From IMG/VR virus record IMGVR_UViG_3300038334_000112: 64,000 bases of DNA. One strand, written 5' to 3'. Origin of the DNA: an uncultured virus (IMG/VR IMGVR_UViG_3300038334_000112) (lineage: Duplodnaviria > Heunggongvirae > Uroviricota > Caudoviricetes). Below the pieces are notes generated by a model. It saw only the letters and a program-made list of their open reading frames with translations. It made no database searches and was not told the origin of the DNA. Positions 37,544 to 46,100 of the stretch are shown in pieces. The position numbers and the translations under genes are program-made. The stretch's first letter is position 1. Every line of letters begins with the position of its first letter.

Positions 37544-38044
37544 ATGGCTCGCTTCAGATACCCCGCAAACGCGATCATCGACGGCCAGGCCCTGGTCGAG
37601 CCCACCGTTCTGGCCCCGTGCCGCGTCACCATCGACGGCATCACGCACGGCCCGGAGATTTGCGAGCTGTGGACGCCGGAGGCACTGGCGGCCCTGGGCA
37701 TCAAGCGCGTGGTGGAGGACGCCCTGCCCGTGGACGAGCATGGCTGGCCGTACCTGCCGGGCGAGCCCGTGGATGACGAGAGAGCCACGGAGATCCTGCG
37801 CAGCTTCCCCAACGCCACGCCGGACACGGAGGGAAGCGCGGCCAACCTGGCGAACCTGGCCGCCGCCGTGCGGGCCGAACGTGGCGTGCGCATCGCCGCC
37901 TGCGACTGGACCCAGCTGCCGGATGCGCCGCTCACCACCGAAGCCAAGGCGGCCTGGGTTGCCTACCGCCAGCAGCTGCGGGACATCACCGAGCAGGCGG
38001 ACTTCCCGCAGGTGGTGGAATGGCCGGTGGAGCCGAGGGCGTAG
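37544..38044 (+). CDS. Tail fibre assembly chaperone
   Basis: 'DWTQLPDAPL..W.AYRQQLRDIT.Q.DFP..VEWP'. Confidence 0.88.
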   Translation: MARFRYPANAIIDGQALVEPTVLAPCRVTIDGITHGPEICELWTPEALAALGIKRVVEDALPVDEHGWPYLPGEPVDDERATEILRSFPNATPDTEGSAANLANLAAAVRAERGVRIAACDWTQLPDAPLTTEAKAAWVAYRQQLRDITEQADFPQVVEWPVEPRA

Positions 38045-38096
38045 GGAAGGACTTTGAAAGCAGCGGAGGGGCCTTTGCAGGCCCCTCCGGCATTTG

Positions 38097-38379
38097 GATG
38101 GGAGAGGCAGGGGCGGTTAGACCTTCCGCCATTGTTCAATGGGCGGGACAGCTCTATTGCCTGGCTCATCCCATCCGGGGTGCCCGGTCTTCCCCCAGGA
38201 CATGAAGCCTATCAGCTGTTTTGGAGATGAGGAGGTGAGCACGTTCTCACCGTCGATGAAGAGAGTAGAGAGGGCTCCCTCTTCTATCCGGCAATCGAAT
38301 CCATAACCCTCAAGAATGTACGTCGACATATTGTTCCTCCAATTCGTTGGGGAAACTGATGGGAGAGGCAGGGGCGGTT
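38097..38379 (+). repeat. Perfect 22-bp direct repeat (38097-38118 and 38358-38379)
   Basis: GATGGGAGAGGCAGGGGCGGTT twice, flanking a small antisense ORF. Confidence 0.95.
38117..38329 (-). CDS. Small hypothetical protein (70 aa)
   Basis: GGAGG RBS before MSTYILEG; lies between the 22-bp repeats. Confidence 0.6.
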   Translation of the reverse strand: MSTYILEGYGFDCRIEEGALSTLFIDGENVLTSSSPKQLIGFMSWGKTGHPGWDEPGNRAVPPIEQWRKV

Positions 38380-38460
38380 GCAACGCCCCCACTGGCCGGA
38401 TGCGCTAACATCCGACCACGGCCAAAGCCGCTCTCCGGCCCGTGCACGGGTTGCCGGAGA
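38362..38460 (+). ncRNA. Candidate cloverleaf-like structured leader upstream of com
   Basis: Outer stem GGAGAG/CUCUCC enclosing three hairpins; competing downstream hairpin at 38432-38460. Confidence 0.5.
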
Positions 38461-38494
38461 AGTAGCAGGCAGAGGCGCAACCGTCAAAGGTGTC

Positions 38495-38683
38495 ATGGAA
38501 AAGGAGATTCGTTGCGGCAACTGTAATCGGCTTCTGGCCAGGGGCGAGGCCCTGGCGCTAACCATCAAATGCCCGCGCTGCGGGTGCATGAACCACGTGA
38601 GGGCCACGAGCCCCGACCAAGAGCTGCATGGACAGCCGAAGCACTCGGAGGCTCAATGTGGCTCTACCTTCCCAAAGACTTGA
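38495..38683 (+). CDS. com: Com-family zinc-ribbon translational regulator
   Basis: 'EIRCGNCNRLLA....IKCPRCG.MN' immediately before the methylase. Confidence 0.92.
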   Translation: MEKEIRCGNCNRLLARGEALALTIKCPRCGCMNHVRATSPDQELHGQPKHSEAQCGSTFPKT

Positions 38684-39537
38684 CGGAATCGCCCTCTGCG
38701 CCGGAGCGGGCGGCCTGGAGCTCGGGCTCCATGTCGCCCTGCCCGGATACCGAACTGTTTGTTTCGTCGAGCGGGACGCACATGCTGCGTCCGCTCTCGT
38801 GGCCAGGATGGAAGACAAGGCCCTGGATTCAGCGCCTCTCTGGTCTGACCTGCGATCCTTCGACGGCAGAGCGTGGCGTGGCAGCGTGGATATCCTCACT
38901 GCGGGCTACCCGTGCCAGCCGTTCAGCTCGGCAGGCAAAAAGCTCGGCGCAGCAGACCCGCGCCATCTTTGGCCGGATGTCGCCCGGATCATCGGAGAAG
39001 TCGGCCCGGAGTGGGTCTTCTGTGAGAACGTCGTCGGGCACCTTCATCTGGGATTCCCGGATGTCGCCCGAGACCTTGAAGGCCTGGGCTACCGGGTTGC
39101 TGCGGGCGTGTTTTCAGCGCGAGAAGTTGGCGCTGGCCACTTCCGGCGCCGACTCTTCATCCTGGCCCACGCCCACTGTGGCCTGGTTCAAGTACGACAT
39201 CGGGGTGACGGTGGGGGCAGGCAGGCTGAAGTTCGAGGCCAAGCACCAGCTGAGTCTGGCCGGGGCGGCGGTGTCCTGGACGCTATTCTGGGAACTCATG
39301 CACTCGACGCTGGGGCCGGAGCTTGTGCGGAGCCTGGCAATCTGCCGCTCTTCGCCCCCGGTCCAGGTGACATTGCGGCTTGGTCCGACATCCTCCTGCG
39401 CAGCCCTGACCTCAAACCCGCTGTTCCTGGAGATGCTGATGGGGTGGCCACTCGGCTGGACCGACAGCGCCTCGCCGGTAACGGGGTTTGCCCCTTGGCT
39501 GCGGCGCTCGCGTTCCGAACTCTCTCGGCTGTGCTGA
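38656..39537 (+). CDS. Overlapping alternative-frame methyltransferase subunit (beta-like; TRD and motif IX)
   Basis: 293 codons open, GGAGG RBS; 'WPTP' and motif IX-like 'NPLFLEMLMGWPLGWT'. Confidence 0.7.
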   Translation: MWLYLPKDLTESPSAPERAAWSSGSMSPCPDTELFVSSSGTHMLRPLSWPGWKTRPWIQRLSGLTCDPSTAERGVAAWISSLRATRASRSARQAKSSAQQTRAIFGRMSPGSSEKSARSGSSVRTSSGTFIWDSRMSPETLKAWATGLLRACFQREKLALATSGADSSSWPTPTVAWFKYDIGVTVGAGRLKFEAKHQLSLAGAAVSWTLFWELMHSTLGPELVRSLAICRSSPPVQVTLRLGPTSSCAALTSNPLFLEMLMGWPLGWTDSASPVTGFAPWLRRSRSELSRLC

Positions 39538-39569
39538 GGCAGGCCCCGGATTCCCGCACGCGCGCGTAG
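38658..39569 (+). CDS. C5-cytosine DNA methyltransferase, catalytic (alpha-like) frame
   Basis: Motif I 'LCAGAGG', IV 'GYPCQPFS', VI 'ENV', VIII 'HFRRRLFI', X 'LAGNGVCP'; no motif IX; GTG start at 38658 (ATG at 38628 also possible). Confidence 0.9.
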   Translation: MALPSQRLDGIALCAGAGGLELGLHVALPGYRTVCFVERDAHAASALVARMEDKALDSAPLWSDLRSFDGRAWRGSVDILTAGYPCQPFSSAGKKLGAADPRHLWPDVARIIGEVGPEWVFCENVVGHLHLGFPDVARDLEGLGYRVAAGVFSAREVGAGHFRRRLFILAHAHCGLVQVRHRGDGGGRQAEVRGQAPAESGRGGGVLDAILGTHALDAGAGACAEPGNLPLFAPGPGDIAAWSDILLRSPDLKPAVPGDADGVATRLDRQRLAGNGVCPLAAALAFRTLSAVLRQAPDSRTRA

Positions 39570-39610
39570 CAAAGTCCACGCCTGAAGATGAGAGCCCCCG
39601 GTGACGCCGA

Positions 39611-39655
39611 GCAAAACTAAGCGTCGCCGGGGGCAAAAGTAAGCGTCGCGCTACA
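39611..39655 (+). repeat. Mu-like right end: two transposase-binding repeats and terminal CA
   Basis: GCAAAACTAAGCGTCGC (39611-39627) and GCAAAAGTAAGCGTCGC (39633-39649), then GCTACA. Confidence 0.8.
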
Positions 39656-39660
39656 GCAGC

Positions 39661-39695
39661 AAAAAAAGAACCCCCGGTGGTCAGACCGAGGGTTC
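39661..39695 (-). terminator. Intrinsic terminator downstream of the tRNA-Glu fragment
   Basis: Minus-strand hairpin GAACCCTCGGT..ACCGGGGGTTC followed by a T run. Confidence 0.7.
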
Positions 39696-39742
39696 GAACA
39701 TCAGAGCAAGCGGCACATGGCTGTTGCCCACTGGCTTGAAAG

Positions 39743-39789
39743 CTGGCGTCCCCAAGGGGATTTGAACCCCTGTTAACGGCGTGAAAGGC
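39743..39789 (-). repeat. att site: tRNA-Glu(TTC) 3' half, copy 1 (not an intact tRNA)
   Basis: Reverse complement GCCTTTCACGCCGTTAACAGGGGTTCAAATCCCCTTGGGGACGCCA; no D arm or 5' acceptor strand; identical to 53143-53189. Confidence 0.92.
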
Positions 39790-40112
39790 TGTTCCCCCAC
39801 CCACCGCTTTCAATGATTTCAGGGCCATGGCCGCCACTTTGTAGGCATCCTTAGACGTCTTTAGACAGGGTTTCTGCTTCACAATCTGCTTCACCCCCCT
39901 GCCCCCTGTGAGCCCTTCTTTCCCGGCGTTCATTCGGGGCGCTCACATTCAGCCCCACCTGGGGGACGAAGCCTCGTTGCCGGTCTGCACCGCCAGCGGC
40001 TGTATCTGGCGCCAATCTTCGACTTTGACCTGCCCTGGTTCCAGGCCACCCGTGCGTGAATGTCCACACTTGAGGCTTCGGAGTCGGCGCTGGCGTCCAA
40101 CTCGCTCCAGCA

Positions 40113-43100
40113 CTACTCGGCCTTGCGCTCCACGCCGCCCACCGCATCGATGTTCTCCCCGCCCTGGGCCTTGATATTGGTCTTGGTCAGGGTGGTCTTG
40201 CCGCCGGAGGTGATGTTGAGCTTACCACCGGTGTTGATGGCCGCGCCGTCGCTTTTGGTGCCGCCGCTGACGCTGACGCCCACGCCAACGAAGGTTTTGG
40301 ACGTATTGTCCGGGTCCTTGGCCGTGGACGTAGACACGCTGGCTGCGCCGCCGAAGGTGTTCGGATCCTTGGCCGCCGCAGCTGCCGGGGCCGTGAGCAG
40401 GATGCCTGTGCCAGCCGCAACTCCCGCTGCGCCCGCGCCAGCCGTGTTGGTCAGGTCAAGCTTCGAGGTGGCGCCGGGCAGGGCTGGCGGCGGCGTGGTC
40501 GGCAGGGCCGGCTTGATGCCGGTGGCCGTCCGTATGCTGCTTGCGCCTGCGCCAGCCGTGTTGGTCAGGTCCAGTTTCGGGGTGGCGTCGGGCAGGGCCG
40601 GCGGCGGCGTGGTCGGCAGGGCCGGCTTGATGCCGGTGGCCGTCCGTATGCCGCTTGCGCCTGCGCCAGCCGTGTTCGACAGGTCAAGCTTCGGGGTCGC
40701 GCCAGGAAGAGCCGGTGGCGGCGAGGTCGGCAGGGCCGGCTTGATGCCGGTGGGCGTAGTGCCTGAGGCCCCCTGCTTGTCCTTGAGCTGCTGCGTCACA
40801 GAACCCTGCTGGCCCTGCCACTTGGCCAGGTCGGCTTTGCTCTGCGCGCTGCCATCCGCACCCTGGGTGCCGCCGGTGACCGGCTTGCCTTCAACGGGTG
40901 CTGCGGCTGCGGGCGCCTTGACCGGCGCTGCCGGGGTCTGGCTCTGCCTGTCCATGGTGGCGCTCACGGAAACGCCAATGCTCGAGTCCGTGTTCTTGGT
41001 GGCGCTGATGTTCACATCACGAGCGGCGGAGATGTTCGCGTCCCCAGTGGTGTTGATCTTCGTGCCCACCAGATTCACATCGCCACCGCCGGACACGATC
41101 TCCACGCCGCCCGCCCCAGCGGTGATGCTGCCCGCAGTTTGGGTGGTCTTGTTCTTGGACTGGACGTTCACGCTTGCGGAAACGCTGATCTGCTTCCCTG
41201 TGGTCTGGCCGGAAGCCGCAGCTGCCGCAGCCGAGCCGGGCAGGGCCGGCGGCGGCGTGGTCGGCAGGGCTGGCTTGATGCCGGTGGCCGTCCGTATGCC
41301 GCTTGCGCCTGCGCCAGCCGTGTTCGACAGGTCAAGCTTCGGGGTCGCGCCGGGAAGGGCCGGCGGCAACGTGGTCGGCAGGGCCGGCTTGATGCCGGTG
41401 GGCGTAGTGCCTGAGGCCCCCTGCTTGTCCTTGAGCTGCTGCGTCACAGAACCCTGCTGGCCCTGCCACTTGGCCAGGTCGGCTTTGCTCTGCGCGCTGC
41501 CATCCGCACCCTGGGTGCCGCCGGTGACCGGCTTGCCTTCAACGGGTGCTGCGGGCGCCTTGACCGGCGCTGCCGGGGTCTGGGTGGTCTTTTGCCCAGA
41601 GCCGGAGAGCGAGACGCCCACGCCCACGGACTCCGAGGTGCTCTCGGCAGCCTTGAAGTTGACGTTGCCGCCCGCCAGCACGCTGGCCTTGCCAGCGGCG
41701 GAGAGGTTGGTGCCCTCCAGGGTCACGTCCTTGTTGCTCACGATCTTGAGGTTGCCGCCGGAGCTGATGCTGCCCGCCTCGGCAATGGAGTCCTTGGAAC
41801 TGCTGTAATTCCCTGCCACGGCAGCGTTGCCGGACTTGCTGCTGGTGCTGCCCTGGGCGTTGGTCGAGGAGCCTGTGCCGCCTCCGACGCTCGCGCTTCC
41901 ACCATAGGATTCGCTTGACGCGGTGCTGCGGGCGGCGCTGAAGTTCACGCCATCCGTTGCACTGATGGTGGTGTCGCCGCCGGAGCCGATGTTTGTTCCC
42001 TCAAGGGTGGCTGCCTTGCCCGCCGAGAGAGACACCGTGCCGCCGCTGCTGATGCTGCCTGCTGTGGCGGTGCTGGATTCGGACTTGCTGTTGCTGAAGC
42101 CGCCAGAGGCCTGCACCCCGCCCTTGGACGAGGAGCCGCCAGCTGTGCTGGACTTGCCCACGGAGAGGCTGGCGCTGGCGTCGTAGGAACTGGCGCTGGC
42201 GCTTGTGGTGTCCCTGGCCGCGTCGAGGATCAGGTTGCCCCCGGCGGCCACGCTGGTATCGCCCGTGGCGGAGAGGTTCGTGCCTTGCAGGCGTGTGTCG
42301 TCCTTGGTCTTGATGCTGATGCCGTCGCCGGAGCTGATGCTGCCTGCGATTGCGGTGGAGGTGTCGGACTGCGCCTTGCCGCCGCTGGCGCCCGCCGCGA
42401 GGTCCACATCCACGCCCTTGCCCGTGCCGCGGCTGAGGCCCACGCTGGCCTGGGCGTTGACGTTGCTGGTGGAGGAGGAACTGGCTGTGGTGTTCTTGGC
42501 CGCCGAGAAGTCCAGGGACCCGGCTTCGATCTCCACGCCCTTGCCCGCGCTGATCTGTGTACCCTCGAAGCTGGTCTTTTCGGCGCTGACGCTCGTCACC
42601 TTGCCGCCAGACTTGATGGTGGAGACCACCGCGTTGCTGGCGGAGGAGGAGGAATCATTGGCGTCCCTGGCGTAGGAGGCGGACACGCCCGCGCCCACGG
42701 AGCCCGTGGCCTTGGCATCGGCCCCGGCCTGGGCGCCGTCCAGGCCCGCGGTGGCCCCGGCAGTGGCGGTGGCCCCGGCCTGGGCCTTGGCGTACACGCC
42801 GACCTTGCCGACGTTCGTGGTGTCGGAATGGGTTTTGGAGGCGGTGTTCTCCGCCGCGCGGCTTTCGATGGTCGCGGCCGACTGGCGGAAGTCGCCTGCG
42901 GCGTCGATGGCCGTGCCCACGTCAGTGATCTTGTTCTCGGCCGTGCGGGTGATGCTGCCCGAGCCGGAGGTGATGGTGGACACGCGCGCCGTGGAGGTGT
43001 TCTCCGTGTCCGTGGTGCCAGCGGTCTTCACCTGCACGCCCACGGAGAGCTTGGCATCGGCGCTGGCCTCGGCCTTGGCCCCGGCGTTGGCGCCGATGCT

Positions 43101-46100
43101 CGCCTTGGCGCCTGCGGTGGTGCCCGCGCCAGCGTTGCTCGCGCCGTCGACATACAGCCCCGTGCTGGTGCTGGACGTGCTGGTGGTGGAGGAATGGGTG
43201 TCCTGGGCGGCCAAGAACTGCATGTCCTTGGCCTTGACGTCCACGCCCTGCTCGCCGCTCACGTCCGAGCCCTGCACGGTGAGGGCCTTGGCGCTGTTGA
43301 TGCGCAGGGTGCCGCCGGAGGCCAGGCTGGTGCCGGTGTTGGTGACGTCCTGGGTGGCCGTGTCGGTGGTCTTGGTGCGCATGACGTCGATGCTGTTGTT
43401 CGAGGCGGCCTTGGCGTTGGCGTTGGTGTCCGCGCTGGTGCCGACGCTGCCCGGCGCGGCTCCGGCCGTGGTCCCGGCGTCGGCGTTGGCGCCGGCGTTG
43501 TTGCTGGAGTTGAGGTACAGGCCGGTCTTGGTGGTGGTCGACGTGCTGGTGCTGGTGTGGATGTCCTGGGCGGCCATGATGTTCACGTTCTGGCCGGTCA
43601 AGTCTACTTCGCCCTGGGCCTTCACGTCGGCCCCCTGCAGGGTGATGTCCTTCTTGGAGGTGATGGTCAGGCCCTTGCCTGCGGCCAGGGTGGAGCCCAC
43701 GCTGTGGATGTTTTCGTCGAAAGTCTTGGTGGTGGTGGTCTTGGAGAAGTCCACGCCGCCCAAATCCTTGCTGTAGTTTGTGGCCGCGCCGGCTGAGGCC
43801 AGGGAGTCGGCCTTGGCCCCGCCCACGGCGGAACTGCCGGAGGTGGCCCCGGAGGCGGTGGTTCCGCCGGACTTGGCGCTGTCACCCTTGGAGACGGCGA
43901 GGTAGCTCGTGGTCTCCTTGGTGGTGGTGGTGCGGTCCACGTCCTTGGCCGTCAGCACCTGCACATCTTCGGCGGCGATCTTGATGTCGCCGGTGGCGTT
44001 CACCTTTGCGCCTTCCAGGATCACGGTCTTGCCCGCGGAGAGGGAGAGATTGCCCTCGCTGCCGGTGGTGATGCTGCCGGCGGCGACATTGCTGACAACG
44101 GCCCGGCTGGTGAACGCGTCCGTGGTGCTCTTTTCCTTGCCCAAGAGGCCATCGCCCACGCCGACGCCCGAGCCGCTGCTCTGGGTCAGGCTCTGCAAGG
44201 AGTTGCTGCGCGCCAGGATGTTCAGGTCGCCGCCCGCGTCGACGCTGGCGTCCTTGCCGGCGCTCAAGTTGGCCGAGGCCAGGGTGACGTCATTCTTGGC
44301 CGTGATGGCCAGGTTGCCCCCGGTGGTCAGGCCGCCCTGCACCTGGGTGATGCTGGTGGTGGTGGTGCTGGAGTCGGAGTTCTTGACGAAGCTGTGATCG
44401 GACGTGGTGGTGGTGTCGCGGTTGGCCAGGGACACGGTGTCGAAGGTCACGTCGCGTCCGGCGGTGATGCTGGCGTCCTTGCCCGCGCTCAGCTGCGCGC
44501 CCAGGTTCTGTACGTCCCGGCCCGCGTTGATGTCCAGGTTGTTGGTGGCGCTGATGGAGCCGGTGTCCGCCGTGGTCTGGCGCAGGGAGGTGCCGCCGAC
44601 GTTGGTGAGCACCAGGGTCTTGTTGACCACGTCGCCCCCGGCCTTGATGCTGACGTCGCCACCCTGGATGGTGCTGCTCAGGTTCTCCACGTTCTTGGCG
44701 GCGCTCAGGCTCACATTGCCGGTGCCCGTGATGGTGCCACCCTTGCCCGCAGTTGTCTGGACGTCGACATAGCCGCCGCGGTTGATGACCGTCTCATTCA
44801 CAGCCGCTTCGTTGATGACGCTGCCGCCGGTGCTGGAGAGGGAGACGTCGCCGCCCTTGATGGTGCCGCCGGTGTTGCGCACGTCGCCCGTGGAGGTGAC
44901 GTTGATGGTGTTGCCCTTGATGGTGCCCGCGTTGTTCAGGCTGGCCACGTTCATATTAATGGTATCGGCGGCGACCGTGGGCGCGCCGTCGAACATCTGG
45001 CGCGTGGAGGCCGCCAGGTAGACCACCGGGGCCAGCACCTTCTGGCCGCTCACCGTGGTCTCCACCATCCAGATCATGTCTTCCTTCAGGTTCGCCTGCT
45101 GGGTGCTGGAAAGGGCCGTGCCGTAGGTCAGGCCCAGGGTCTTGGCCTGGCTGCCCGCGTGGTCCATGAGGCCCTGCATCTGGGCCTTCTCGCTGGCGTA
45201 GCCGGTCAGCAAGTTGGTGCCGGCCAGGCCGATGAGCTGCTGCTGCACCAGGTAGGTCTCATACCCGGCGTCGCCCAGGCGCTTGATCACCTCGTCGGAC
45301 TTGAAGTTGTACTTCTCCGCCAGGTAGTCGCTGCCCAGGTAGTTGTCGACGTTGGTGTACAGCGGGTTACTCTCCACCAGGTAGTGGGAGCCCGGGCTCG
45401 CGGCCGGGATGAAGACCCCGTTGGGGGTGGTGGGGATGGTGATGACAACGCCGCCGAAGCTGACGCCGCCGGGGGTGGACACGGGCGTCGGGCTGGTGCC
45501 GGTGGCCGCGCCGGTGGACGAGGTGCCGCCGGCCGCGTTCCGGAAGTTGGCTATCGTAATGTTCACGGAGGTGCCGCGGATGGTGTCCGCGTTAGAGAAA
45601 ATGCCAGCTCCGCTCATGTTCACCGTGGGCGCAGAGATGATGCCGGCATTCTGCCCATAGTCGTTGCTGCCCTTCGCAATGGTGATGGTGCGTCCAGCGA
45701 TGATCTGTGCGCGGTAGGCCGTGCTGCTCACAAGGGAGTCGGTGCCCATGTCGTAGTACCGGAACCCCCAGCGTGAGGCATCGCCGATGGCGTTAGTGAA
45801 CAGGTCGCTGGCGTTGATGGTGATGTCGCGCGCGGCGTTCATGACGGACCAGTTGCGGACCCTGGCGCCAGTGATGCTGATGTCGTTGCCTGCGCTCAGC
45901 ATGGCGTTGGGCGAGCCGTCGCCGGAGTTGGGGAGCAGGTTGACCTGCCCGTAGTCGCTGCCGATGGTCAGGTCGTTCCCGGCGATGTAGTTGCCGTACA
46001 TGGCGTCAAAGCCTGCCAGGGACATGTTGCGAACCGCGGACACTGTTCCGGCGCCATAGTCTTCACTGCCCACGCCGAGATTGATTGACGCGATGTCCTG

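Larger units (their letters stand above)
1..39655 (+). mobile_element. Mu-like transposable prophage (left end outside window)
   Basis: Mu gene order: repressor, ner-like, DDE transposase, AAA ATPase, gam, gemA, mor, lysis, terminase, portal, F, G, protease, capsid, sheath, tube, tape measure, baseplate, com, methylase. Terminal repeats and CA at 39655. Confidence 0.95.

Noticed and set aside
36275..38400. Diversity-generating retroelement or invertible fibre segment
   Set aside because: No reverse transcriptase, no adenine-mismatched TR/VR pair and no invertase seen in the window.
39743..39789. Intact tRNA-Glu genes here and at 53143-53189
   Set aside because: Only the anticodon-to-CCA part is present; the D arm and 5' acceptor strand are missing, so these are att remnants.
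40060..41808. 582-aa plus-strand ORF and other long ORFs antisense to tpsA/tpsB (42285-43796, 44394-45776, 47752-49782)
   Set aside because: Shadow frames of GC-rich coding DNA with no recognisable motifs.
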